Of a stretch of DNA of 64,000 nt, positions 1 through 12,640 are shown piece by piece (the stretch's first letter is position 1; every line of letters starts with the position of its first letter). The notes beneath the pieces were generated by a model. That model did not search any database. It was not told where the DNA came from and saw only the letters and a list, made by a program, of their open reading frames with translations. Both the position numbers and the translations under genes were made by a program. The stretch lies in NCBI RefSeq assembly GCF_011745625.1, contig NW_027191471.1, positions 124,001 to 188,000 of the forward strand, written 5' to 3'. Source of the stretch: Cladosporium halotolerans (lineage: Eukaryota).

Positions 1-948
1 CTTGGAGCTAATCAGAAGGGACGGCCGGATGCAAGAATAGTGAATATTGTTGCATCACTTGATATGAAATATGTATTCTTCGTAGCAATACACTTTCTCA
101 CTAGCTAGATTCGGTCGACAGTCATCGATTGGCGATGCCGGGCAAATGTTTGATACGGCGCTATATATACCGAGCAACGACATGAAGCTGCTTTATTTGC
201 TCGACTTGCGAGTGACGGGATAAAATCTTAGAGTGCACATTGTGAGTTCTGTCCACGAAATTCATTCTTTCGTGCATTCTCACAAGAGTGAGATATCAAG
301 TGCTGTCTTGCCTTGCATCCGATCGGCTGTTGGACTGAGACAATATAAACCTCCGAGATGACAGCCTCGCAACTGCTCCAGCATGAAGCAGTCCTCTAGT
401 ATCTCGCGATGCCGAATGAAGTGAGAAGCAAGAATATAGACGCAATCACCAAGTTGTAGCTCGTGATAAACGTGATCTAGGAGTAGGTAATCTTCGTGCG
501 ATGGCCGCTACGCGAGGCAAGACACCGTTCCGACACGGTCGCGTGCTTTTAAGTTGACGGGTGTCTAGGCTTGGAGCAATCTGATTTTTCGCATCGCTAC
601 CTTGTAGGTGGTACAACCATTGAAAACGCCTTCATTGGATTCGAGATACTGGGAGTGATCGGGTGTAGGAAGACAGATCCAAGGACAAAAGTCGGTGATC
701 TTGCGGTCAGGCAGCGTCGCAGGCAGGCCGAACCCACCTGCAGAGCCATCGAGCCCCGCGTGCCCCGCCAATCAGCCACTCAGGCTAGGTCAAGATTGTG
801 ACAGCCCGCACCAAAACTTTCAACAACATCCCGCACCAAACCCACGAATTGCGTCGACTCGTAGGGAAATACCGGCCCATCACCCGCGACTCGCTCCAAG
901 ACTCTCTCACGGCCTGGGCGGTGCCTCCTCGAGCCCAACACCGCAATC

Positions 949-3023
949 ATGACCGACAAACTCACCCGGTGCGTCGTCCTGTCCTGGCTGCCACTTGGCG
1001 CTCACCGCACAGCGTGACACAGCTCAAGAAACTCATACCATACACAGTATCGCGATCGTCAACTCCGACAAGTGCAAGCCCAAGAAATGCCGTCAGGAGT
1101 GCAAGAAGGCCTGCCCCGTCGTCAAGACCGGCAAGCTCTGTATCGAAGTCGACCCCAACAGCAAGATCGCATTCATTAGTGAGCGTCTCTGCATCGGCTG
1201 CGGTATCTGCCCCAAAAAGTGCCCTTTCGACGCCATTCAGATCATCAACTTGCCCACCAACCTCGAGAGCCAAGTCACCCACCGCTACTCCGCCAACAGC
1301 TTCAAACTCCACCGTCTGCCCATGCCCCGACCGGGCCAGGTCCTGGGTCTCGTTGGAACCAACGGTATTGGCAAGAGTACGGCGCTGAAGATTTTGGCGG
1401 GCAAGCTGAAGCCCAACCTTGGTCGTTTTGAGAACCCGCCGGATTGGGAGGAGGTGCTCAGATACTTCCGTGGATCTGAGTTGCAGAGTAAGACTGGTCG
1501 AAATAACTGTACATGAGGAGGATGTGCGCTAAGAACACCACAGACTACTTCACAAGGGTCCTTGAGGACAACCTGAAGGCTATCACCAAGCCGCAGTACG
1601 TTGATCAGATTCCCAAAGCGCTGAAGCAGAAGGACAACCGCTCTGTTGGCGCACTCATCACAGACCGCTGCGATGTCGGCGAGGACAGGCTCAAAGAAAT
1701 CAGGGAGACCCTCGGTAAGTCCCTCGAAACAACACACTTCATATCATGAGGTTTACTAACACTTGTATCAGAGCTCGATGTTGTCTGGGATCGTGACATT
1801 GACCTCCTCTCCGGTGGTGAGCTGCAGCGTTTCGCCATTGGTATGGTCTGTGTTCAAAAGGCCGACGTCTACATGTTTGACGAGCCTTCTTCCTTCCTCG
1901 ATGTCAAGCAGCGTCTCGCTGCCGGTCGTCTGATCCGCAGCCTTCTCTCTCCTGACAGCTACGTCATCGTCGTCGAGCACGATTTGTCCATTCTGGACTA
2001 CCTGTCAGACTACATCTGCGTTCTCTACGGTAAGCCCGCCGTCTACGGTGTAGTCACCGCTCCCTTCTCCGTCCGCGAAGGTATCAACATCTTCCTTGAC
2101 GGAAACGTGCCCACGGAGAACCTGCGATTCCGTGACGAGTCGCTGCAATTCCGCATCGGCGATGCGAGCGAAGATTTCTTGGTCGACAAGTCCCAGGGCT
2201 TCACCTACCCGAAAATGAAGAAGACTCTGGGCAACTTCCAGCTTAAGGTCGACCCTGGCACTTTCACTGGATCCGAGATCTTGGTCATGATGGGTGAGAA
2301 CGGTACTGGCAAGACGACTTTCTGTAAGATGCTTGCTGGTGCCCTGCAGCCGGATGACAACCAGAAGATCCCTCCGATGAACATCTCCATGAAGCCTCAA
2401 AAGATCACGCCCAAGTTCCAGGGCACCGTTCGTCAGCTCTTCTTCAAGCGCATCAAGGCCGCGTTCATCAACCCCCAGTTCCAGACCGATGTCTACAAGC
2501 CTCTCAAGATGGACGACTTCATTGACCAGGAGGTCCAGAACCTGTCTGGTGGTGAGTTGCAGCGTGTCGCCATCGTTCTTGCCCTCGGTATGCCCGCCGA
2601 CATCTACGTCATCGACGAGCCTTCCGCCTACCTTGACTCCGAGCAGCGTATCGTCGCCTCGCGTGTCATCAAGCGCTTCATCATGCACGCCAAGAAGACC
2701 GCCTTCGTTGTCGAGCACGATTTCATTATGGCGACCTACCTTGCCGACCGTGTCATCGTCTTCGACGGTCAGCCTTCCCGCGACGCACGCGCCAACTCGC
2801 CCCAGTCTCTTCTCACCGGCTGCAACACTTTCCTCGAGAGCCTGGACGTCACCTTCCGCCGCGACCCGAGCACCTACCGTCCGCGTATCAACAAGCTCAA
2901 CAGTGTCAAGGACGCGGAGCAGAAGGCTGCTGGAAGCTACGTAAGTGCAAATCTTGCATGCAATCTCATAACGACATTTTAGCTAACCGCGCGTTACAGT
3001 ACTTCCTGGAAGAAGAGTCCTGA
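949..3023 (+). CDS. RLI1: ABCE1/RLI1 Fe-S ABC ATPase (ribosome recycling); exons 949-968, 1048-1487, 1544-1714, 1772-2940, 3000-3023
   Basis: Spliced product begins [21 protein letters not shown]. It has two ferredoxin-type Cys clusters ([12 protein letters not shown]), two Walker A motifs ([16 protein letters not shown]) and two LSGGELQR signatures. All four introns are GT-AG and preserve frame. Confidence 0.97.
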
Positions 3024-3986
3024 AAGGCACCGCCAAGGACTACAACAGAGATGCCGCGCCGGGCTGCAAGTTCAGCAGCCTCCCGTGCCGCCGAGCAGGG
3101 ACGAAACGGCGCCGCTTGATAAAGAGCGGCGCGGACGACATGCTAGAACTGGCGGGTGCCGAGGAGGACGAAGACAAGGAGGGCGGCCTGGTTTTAGACA
3201 CCCACCACTTGTGCCGTCAAAGTCTCGACTCGCGAGATGAACCGCGGCGACAGCGATGGTGGGGATCCCAAGTCGATCGTCAGGCGATGGGCATCGACAA
3301 CAAAAGGCTTTGTCCCGTTCCTCGAACTCTGCCAGAAGGCGCCGGTCTTCCCGGCCTGCGACTCGCCCGGCGGCAATCTACGAGGTTATGGACAATGACA
3401 ATGACACCAAAAGCGATGAGTAACCGCATTCTAGCATAAGTATACACGGACACAATGGGATAAAAAGTCGTCCAAGGTCTTTGGACTAGCGAGATTTATT
3501 ACACGTACCAGTCTTGACTCACCTGAAATGAGGATGTGATCCTCGAAATTGTGAACATCTTTGGGCATTTAGTGAACTCGTCTCCATTGCTGTGGGTCTG
3601 GGCTCAGTCTGTCTGTTCTACACAGTTCCACCACTTTGATGAGGAAAGCACGTACACCGTAGGTTTGAGATGAAGCCAACAGCCTGGTTTGGATCGAGTG
3701 ATGATGATATGTTTCGACGCGTTGCAGGTCCGGTGGGGCATGCGCTGTGCGGTCAACATTGTCTATGACAATTGCGAGTCATGGGATCACATGCCTGCCC
3801 TCAACGGTTCCCGTTCCTTATGCCCCGTTCCATCTCATCATCCCTCGTCAAGTTCGCACTCCGCGATCCATGGTAGACGGCTGTCTCCTGATATGGTCAA
3901 CCGTGCCCGGATCTGAAGCGTTGCAGGGATTGGCCGCATGACTTATAACGACGTAGGGGGAGCTTGGATCCCATCTTCGAGGGCAC

Positions 3987-6349
3987 CTAGACCTCTTCGA
4001 TTTCGCCCTCCTCACTACCGCTCTGCAGGGCGACTTCCTCCTTGTCGACGGCCATGGCTTCTGGGTCGGGCTCCTTGCTGCGACGAGAACGCTATGAACT
4101 GTTAGCATTGCAGATTTGTAGAGGAGTTTCGACGGGACACGTACCTTGACATCACGTCTGCTAGACATGCTGGCGTCCGAATCGCGGCGCTTGCGCACGC
4201 TGCCCGGCCGGCTGCCCACGGCGTCTTCGTCTCCGTAGTCCAGCATAGCGTTCTTGCCTCTGTCGCGTGGATCCGCGCGCGAAGCGTAATTCCTCTCACG
4301 CTCGATCTCCCTCTCGCGCCTCTCGCGCTCGTACATGCTTTCATACCTGTCAGACCTGCGGTCACGGTCACGGTCACGGCCCGAGTCTCTCGGATCGTAG
4401 CGATCATCGCGGCGATCGCGAGGCGGCGGCGTGAGACCGAAGGAAGCCTTCCTATAGGAGCGTTCGCGGTCAGCCTGGGCTTTGCGGCGGTCGGCTTCGT
4501 AGGCGTCAATCTCGGGCGTGCGGGTGCGGTAGCGACGGTCCCGGTCGCGGCGGTCGTCATAGTCGTAAGAACGGCGGTGGTCACGGTCACGATCTCTCGA
4601 GCGGTCACGTCTCGCCTCGCGGCGAGCGCGGTCGCGTTCGGCATCCTCGGCTTTGTCTTGCAGGCGGCGGATGTACTTTGAAAAGGCAATCTTCCTGGCC
4701 TCGTCGTCGAGTACTTGGTATTCTTTGTAGCTTTCGAGTCTTGGCTTGACACTCTCGAAGGAATCGTCAATCTCGACTGGAGGTTCGAGGTGCTTGATGA
4801 CGGATCGGAGGTTGTCGACGGCCTTTCTTTGGTTGCGCTCGGCGAGTGCTTTGTCCTCCTCAACGCGCTTGTGGATCTTCTCCATGAGCCTGTCGTGGAC
4901 CAGCTTCATCTCCTGGCGGGACCACTTCGAAGCCCGTCCGTCTCGCTGCATGACAGCGATGAACTCGTCAAGAGTGGTTTCAGGGGTCATCTCGTAGCGT
5001 TGGTCGTCAAGTATGTCAAGGGCGTCGTTGCGCTTCGATCTTATCTTACGCTCTTCGTCCTCGACAAGGTCCCAGAACAGATCGAGTGGGCCGCTTCCCT
5101 GAGTGCCGACGAGGTTGGTGAAACGCTCGTCACCCTCGATCTGCGGAACGACATCCTGCCACTTGCTGCCGGCGGTGATCTGGCCGCCACGCTGCTTCTC
5201 TTGCAGAAGCGACTTGAAGCCGTCGCGAGCCTGGCGGTCCCGGCGATCTTTCAGCTTTTTCTCCTTCTGACGTGCATCGTTAATACGGCGCTCCAGTTGC
5301 TTGACGTGCTGGTCGAACGCTCGAAGGACGTCGACTTTGTGAAGGGAACGGAAGCTTGCGTCTTTGGTGAAAACTTCGCTGTTCATGATAATATCCTGTG
5401 CATCCGCCCAAGGGGTGTCTGCATCAAGCACCACGGATTGCAAAAGACCAGAAAGCTGATCCAAGGCTCTGTTCCGAGAGGCCACCTCCTGCTCTGCGTT
5501 ATGCTTCTTCAAGCCCAGAATGTACTCCTCGAACAGCTGCCTCCGCTCGTCCTCGTCACCGGCATGGCGGAACACAGCCTCGCGCTCGATCAGGGGTCGA
5601 GCGGTCTTCCATCGAGTGTAGTGTTTGATCTCGTCGTGGGTCTTGAGCATAGTCCTAAACTCCTCCCTCAGCTTCTCGCGGCGCTCCTTTTCCTGCGTTC
5701 TCTCTTCTTCCTTCTGTTCGATGCAGTAGTCTTCGAATGCGCGCTTTCTCTCTCGCGAGTCCTTGATCGCGCGGTAGTCCCGCTCCTTGACGATTGCGCG
5801 CAGAGCGTCGGTCCAAGTCGTGTCGTACTTGATGTTGTTTTTGCGCAGGACCTTGAAGAAAGCATCTTTGGCCTGTTCCGCGCTGGCGAAATCAGGCTCG
5901 TCCGTTCTAGTCGGCATTGCGCCTCTGAAGCCAGCATTGTCCCCACGCGCCTCCCACGGTCTGCCTCCGTCAAATCCAGGCTTCTGCGGCAGGCCGTGAT
6001 CGCGGTCATCCCTCCTGTCGCGGCGCGCAGGCGGCCCATAGCCGCGTTCGACCAAGTCCTGGGGAGCGCCAGCCGCAAACGCAGGACCACGCGGCGCAAG
6101 AACAGGCAGCTCCCACTTCGTCTCGGAGGTGAGTTTGTTGTAATAGTATGTGCGACCATCTGGCGCTTTCGTATCCGCCCAGCCAGCTTCGAGGTGCGCC
6201 GGGGTGAGTTGAGAGGAGGGTCCAGTGGGAGGGGCAGGCGTCGCGGAGCCGTTCATCTCTGCTGGCTTCTCCCAGCGAGTTTCGCGCGTTTGCGCATTGT
6301 AGTAGTACGAGCGCCCGTCGGCCGCTTTGGCCTCTTTCCAGTCGCTCAT
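3987..6349 (-). CDS. PRP40: U1 snRNP protein Prp40 (2 WW domains, FF repeats, RD/RE-rich tail); intron 4092-4144
   Basis: WW domains (WKEAKAADGRSYYYN..W, WADTKAPDGRTYYYN..W) are followed by FF repeats. Splicing GTACGT..GCTAAC..TAG gives the terminus RSRRSKE..SGSEEGEIEEV*. Confidence 0.93.
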
Positions 6350-6937
6350 GGTAGTAGTAAAAGTGGTGATTCAGTGGTGGTGTTGTTGTGTACGCGATCA
6401 CGCAAGATTGCGCTTTCTCTGCAAGTGTCTCTGATTATCACTGCGAAAGGAGCGACTCGTCGAAACACCTGCGGAATGGTCAAACAGTGAGAGCCGACTC
6501 GACAACCCGACGACGGCGTTCGCAACGAAGGCGTCAGCAACGCGGCCTTGCTTTGATGTTGTCGAGCTAGCTAGGCGTTGTAAGGGAAAGCAGCTTCAAA
6601 AGTTCCAGCGCGCTCGGTCCGCTGGCTCGGGTTACGGAGAAGCCTGAGGCAGCCAGGCAGAAGTGAGATACTTCACTTCCACTCAGGAGTGCCAAAATAA
6701 AGAGATGGGCATGTCCAATGCCCAAAACGAGAATTTTGATCACCAAATATTTGAAAATGCAAGCAAATAATTCTTAGGCAAAACAAATTAATCAATTTTG
6801 TCTAACACCTTACGCCTATCGCTATGCTAACCCGAACCCGTTACCGAAAGAGGACTGAATCAATCCAAAAGACTCCTCGCTCGATCGCATGTAGATTACT
6901 TTAACTTGATTTCAATCATTCTCCGACACCAATTGCC

Positions 6938-9892
6938 TCAAGCCTTCAGTCTCCTCGCCTCACACTTCACACACACGGGATCCTCACTCTCCCCTCGTAG
7001 GAAGTACCGTCCGTCCTCGAACTCGCCTCCGCATTCCTAGAAGCGTGTATTAGCAAATGGTACTTTCAAAATACAAAGCCTTCCTTTTAATTTGGGTGAA
7101 CTTACCAAACAGCAGAAACAGTTCGCATGCCACTCACTCCCCAGCGCTTTGACAACCACATCCGTAACCGGCTTGCGGCACTTCCTGCACTTCGCACTAT
7201 AGCGGTGCGTGTGGCAATCACAGCACCAAGCGTAGCCATCCTTCTCGACAAACGGCGTGCTCGCATCGAACGGGTCGCCGCACTGTGCACAGAAGAAGTG
7301 GCCAGCATGCCACTCCGCGCCACAAGCGACGATGACCTCACCCTCAATGGGTGTCTTGCACGATTTGCAGCGCGGACTGAAGAGCTCGTGGAAGTCGAGC
7401 GCGCAGTAAAACCGCAGCGTCGGCTCCCCGTCGCTTTCTTCAGTTTCGTACAGCACGTCCATGCTGACGTGCTCCGGGATGCGGCCGGTTTGGCGGGCTG
7501 CGATTCGCTCGAGACGCTCAGAACGTTTGGATTCCGGCTCGGGGTGGAACGCGACGTGCTCGAGGTTCGTGTCACACTGGTGGCAATTGAAACAGGACGG
7601 ATGGAGGCGCTGGCCTGCTGCTGAGAGTACGCGGCCGGCAATCGGAAGAGCGCAGTGGGCACAGAGTGCGCGCGATTGACGAAGGGAGGGGGTGTAGTGT
7701 GGTGTTGATTTAGGGATAGGAGATGTGTTTGCGTGGAAATGCTGAGGTGGTTGCTGTGTGGGAGTGGGGAGCGGCCGACCGGATTGAGGTGTCGGCGGCA
7801 GGGATGGAATAGGTCTGGTCGAAAAGCCGGGACCACTGACACCGATTGAGGGTGCTGGTGATCTGGCGGACCTTGTAGGAGGATCAACATTGATAAAAGG
7901 CGCAGTTGTCGAAGACGGCCGCATCGATGGTCTTGTCGTGCCTGGCTGGCTTCCAGCATTCACCGGCGGCCTCTTCTGGGGAACCTGAGGCGGCATGGTG
8001 CTTGGTGTGGGCGCTGAGGCGAATCCCGGAATTGCAGAAGCAATGTCAGGCTCCTCAGGCAGAACATGGCTTTGCATATCGTCATCATCAGGCAGCACCA
8101 GTGTGGGAATTGGAGGCATCGGGGATGCAGAGGCGTTGAATAACGGCTTAGGAACCATAGGGGAGTGATTTCCCTGATCGCGGGGCGGATCGATCCTCGG
8201 AATACCCTGACGGTTGAAAGGTGAGGATCTAGGCGAATCTGACATCCTCGGCGCGCGCGGAGGCGTGGATGCAGCTGGTGATTTGGGCTCAGGGCTTGGT
8301 ACGCGCGTTTCCTCCAGTACGACCTCTTTCTGCTGTTTCCAGCCTTGATCGAAACTGACGATAGGCCTGCCTAACCTGTCACTGACTGCAGTCGGCTGAG
8401 GTAGATTGGGGCTGCGAGCAGATCTTTGCTTGCTGGTAGCTGCTCGGATGTCATCACTCCTGATTTCCTTTCCATCTCTGGCAGGCGTCAACTTCGGCGA
8501 TACATCTTCCTCGCCTCCGTGGTCTGCAACACTCGGAGGTGTAGGTGGTAGAATGTCGTTTGAGGTGTATCCTGCGTTCCTTGACTGGCTGGGTGGGTTC
8601 CTTTGAATCTCTATCCGATCCATCTTGGGCGTGGGCTGTGAGATATTCGGAGCGGATTGTGTACGTTCCAGTCGCTCTTGCTGCATCCTCACCCGGGCAA
8701 ACGGGTTCTTTCGGATGAGTGATGGGCTAGACTGGGCTGGAACAGGTGCTGGCCTCAGATCGGGAACCGGTAAGGGAGGAGGCGGTTGTTGCTTCTTAGG
8801 TGCTGTAGGCTCCTCCTGAGGATCTTCATAGATCTTGTCATCTGGGTGCATGAAGACCTTCTTCTCTCCACTCAACACTCTTCTGCTGCCGCTACTCGTT
8901 CGCCTCCTAGCCGTGTCGATATCCTTCTTCACCGCGGCAGCGAGTTCACCGTAGTTCTTCCCGGAAGGCGTTCGACGCTGCTGGTCCGATGGTGCTTCTG
9001 GAATTTCTCTCGTTCTTGTCGGACTAGGCAGGCTTGATTTCTTGCTTGCATTGGAGGTCTCAAGGGAAGGTCGTGGGCCACTGCTAAAAGAGCTGCGTGG
9101 AGAGTTGGACGCCTGCGGCATTGCCTCGCGGCTATGGCTTCGGCTGTAGCTGCCCTTCCGTAGATGTGATCTATAATCTTTGTTGAGATCCGGATTCATG
9201 TAAGGCGCCTCTGGGTTGGCAAAGGGAGAGTCTGGGTTACGATGTTTCCACACCAGCTCCGCTGCCTCGTCTTGCGCGTCCTTGTGGATTCTCTGTTCTT
9301 CCGCAATATCCATATCCTCAAGAGCCATTAGCAAAGACTGTGCCTCCTGCTTCTCCATCCACCGCGAGCCCTGCTCCATGTACACTGCGCTCCTTGGCCG
9401 ACTGTTTGGCAATTCCTCGCTTTTCTCCTCCTCCTTTTCAGCGATCGACGGGTTTGCAGAAGGCGTTCTTGCTAGCGGTCGTCCGGCAAAGGGGCTGTTC
9501 CTGCCTGCAGTGCTAAGTCCGCGCCGGGCCATGGTTTGTGCTGGCATCGTGGGCATACTGTTGCTCTGAGGCAAGGGAGGGCGGCCATTGTCGGTGACGG
9601 ATGGAGTATTCGTCTTCTCGGTTTCTGTTCGCCTCAAACTGCCGAACTTCGAGGGTGGTGGAGGACGTGAGCCTATCGGGCGCGTCTTATTCGCCCTGAG
9701 GTCTTTCAGGTAACTTGCTGCAGGCACCGATTGTGAGTCTTCTTCTTGAATGGTCGAACATTCTTCTGATCTTGAGCCGCCAAACAGAGCACGCCGAGCC
9801 TGAATAGAAGGAGATGCACGAGACTGCTGACCCATTTGATCCTCGGACATGTACGAGGGCGTAGGCATTGCCCGACCCTGGCTGCCCAACAT
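6938..9892 (-). CDS. LIM-domain (paxillin-like) protein with long Pro/Ser-rich N-terminus and three C-terminal LIM domains; intron 7037-7105, probable second intron 9718-9831
   Basis: LIM repeats include CAHC..HPSCFNCHQC, CKSC..WHAGHFFCAQC and CRKC..WHANCFCC. The GTAAGT..GCTAAT..TAG intron supplies the final ECGG..CVKC exon. The first in-frame ATG is at 9892 (the 9904 ORF start is GTG). Confidence 0.85.
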
Positions 9893-10784
9893 GATGATGG
9901 GCACCGCAGGGCTGTAGTGAAGACGGTCGGGGCGGAGACGGTAGGAATGCTCAGCCGGGCTGCCGGTGTGAGAGCATTGGGCCGGGGTTGCAACACACGA
10001 AAGGCGAGGTCTGACGCCAATCGACCAATGCGTGGCACGAGAAGGAAACTGGAACGGCTGCTAGCGATGTTGAATTGCAATTCTTCAGGTAGCACGTTGA
10101 ACGGCGTGCCGCCAAACGGGCGCTCTGTTTTGAAGCTGGCCAGCGACCGTTGCGGGGGACGACCAGGGACAAAGCCAGCCGTCATATTCGCACCATCCAG
10201 CCGTGCCAGCAACTATGACCGGGTGGACACACTCCACCGCCATCTCGTCCTCGACATCATCTGGCTTAATGAGACTCGTGAAGCACGCAGATGGCAAGTG
10301 TATTTGTGGCGGACAGTTGCTCCGACGGTCACGCACTGCACCAGAGCTCAGTCAAGAGGCTTGAACTGAGTTCTCATGCACCGGTTATAAATACATTCTG
10401 CACATGAAAGCGATGGGCGGTGCTTTCAAGATCTTGGGGAGTCCCATCGCGGGTTCTGAATACTGCTATTACTTGATCTCACCGCAGTCATACAAGGCGC
10501 AGCTTCTCGTCGCGCTGCCTTGGCTGCCACACTCCAAGCCGGGCGAGGCATTCGAAGTATTCGATCGACGAGGAAACAGCCTATCAATGTGGCCGTAATG
10601 CGCACACGTACTGCACACGCCGTCTCCAAGCCTTCTGTTTCTCCAGTGAACTAGAGCCAACGTAGCTCTCAGCTGGAGTGTTCAGCCCCATTCATTGTGG
10701 GTGTCAATACGACGGCACGAGTACATTTCCTTTCTCCGTTCGTTCCAGAGACCATCTGTCTAAGCAACCGCTCAAATTCACATC

Positions 10785-12147
10785 ATGATTCGAGATCGTT
10801 TCACCAGATGCCTAGGGATAGCCCTTTGCCTGTCCATGGCTGTCTCGGCCCAGTCGAATTCATCATCTCAAGACACCGCCAGCTCGTCTTTGTGCAACAG
10901 CTCGATTTCGAGCGCTAACGCGTCTGGAACATACAGCTTCCCTGTCGGGATCGCTCGAGCGGACCAGGACTCCTATACTAATGAAAGGGTACCAGATCCA
11001 TCTTGGGCCATCACTGTCACAGGAGGTAATGGCGAATCAATTGAGAGGCGTTACTGGTATTCGACAGCTGGGCAGGACTACGCGGATGATATCGATATCA
11101 ATTACGACGTCTGCGCCCTGACATGGAGTCGCTTGCCGATCAACACCATTCGCCTGGGGCAATCGGACTCCGGGAACTGCTCTACCGTCTTTAGCGAGCG
11201 CTGCATTGACGGGTTGACCTCCAAAGCCTCCTCGTCAGCCCTGCAGTGGGCTACGTATCCGTCGGCTCCGCCATTTGAAAATCTGACGGCCGGCGTGTTA
11301 CCAAGCATATGCGGCTATATATTTCGCGACCTGCTAGAGACCATGGCAGAGAACTGCACGAACGAATTTGGGGGACCTGAGATGAACCCCATGGGCTACA
11401 CGTCGATCAACGCCGAAGGTAAGCAAGTACTCCACTCCTCTGGCGTCGGTGGCCATCCCTGCAAAGATAGACTGATATATTCCTATTATAGCCCTGACTG
11501 GATACAACTCGTCCGATCTGTACCGAAGCGAGTGCACTCCGGTCGAGGGAAACGATACGTTCCATTCGGTGAGAGTGCCCACCGGCTTTGGCGCCGACGA
11601 CTGGGAATTTGGCACGGACGCTGGCTATGACAACGCCACGCAAGAAATCACCCCCGTATTGACCATGTACATGCCCGTCGCGAATACGGAGCGCACTGGG
11701 ACCAGAAACTACGTGCCCACCGTGCTGCGGTGTCTTCAAGCGAAGAACTTCAGCGAGGGCAGCCGCGTCTCGCCCGCTCTGGCAGAAGGCACGCCGTGGC
11801 CTTCACCCGGTGGGAGTCTTATCGCAGGAGCGAAAGGCGGCATTGCCGCGGGCGTGGTGGTGTTCGTGCTTCTCGTTGGCGGGATGCTGCTTTCTCTTTG
11901 GCTCATCAAGCGGAGGAAGAGGCGTGCGAGAGAAGCTGCGGAGAGACGTGATGAGGCGGCGGGTGAGGATGACAAGGATCTGCCTCCCGAGGCCGACAAT
12001 ACTGTTGAGATCAATGAGCTTGTTGCGAAAGATCGGAAACCGGAGCTTGATAGTGTCAACGTGGTCGAGCTCGGAGGCGGGCAGGGAGAGCCTGTGGAGA
12101 TTGCAAGTAGGACTACGCCTGCTGAATTATCTGCTGACCGACATTAG
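10785..12147 (+). CDS. Secreted-domain type I membrane protein of unknown function; intron 11419-11491
   Basis: N-terminal hydrophobic signal, Cys- and N-glycosylation-site-rich ectodomain, and TM helix GIAAGVVVFVLLVGGMLLSLWLI followed by KRRKRR. The tail has repeated xEL motifs. A GTAAGC..CTGAT..TAG intron joins the 10785 and 11569 ORFs in frame. Confidence 0.8.
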
Positions 12148-12438
12148 TCGTGACGTGGCGGACTGTACAATTTGCTTTCATCGACTCTTTCTCGATCGTT
12201 GATATCAATCCGTATCCATGTCTAGTGCGTATGCTTCCGCCATGAGATCGCAATATATGTCGGTCTCCTTTGACCAAAGAGCAAAATCCGGTGCATCGCC
12301 ACGTCAAATAGCCACAAAGCATTACAAACACACCAAAATATTACCAATATCCACAGAAATGCTAAGAGCCCAAATTCTTAGGCTCCAAGGAGACAGACGT
12401 CCCCGAGTGGTGTGCATCCGTTGAATGTTGGTAAACCC

Positions 12439-12454
12439 AACCCTAACCCTCGCT
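12439..12454. repeat. Interstitial telomere-like motif AACCCTAACCCTCGCT
   Basis: Two AACCCT units read directly in the sequence; identical to the reverse complement of 62069-62084. Confidence 0.6.
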
Positions 12455-12640
12455 ACACCAACTTGTCGCTGGCGCACCTCTCCGCTGAAGCCACTCTCTC
12501 CATACCACTTGTTGTACACGATCACTCCTTCACGAGTAACAATAACATGAACCCACACAACGACTAACTGGCAACAATGACACGGTGTTTTCATTTTTAC
12601 CGACCCTACCCGACAATTTTCTCCCGGGATGAAGCGATGC

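Noticed and set aside
1..900. Short ORFs upstream of RLI1
   Set aside because: They show no codon bias or recognisable motifs and are treated as intergenic/promoter DNA.
4715..6490. 591-codon antisense ORF opposite PRP40 (also long antisense ORFs opposite RLI1, COT1, SGM1 and SIR2)
   Set aside because: These mirror real genes with strong C/G-ending codon bias, which depletes antisense stop codons. The translations show no recognisable domain.
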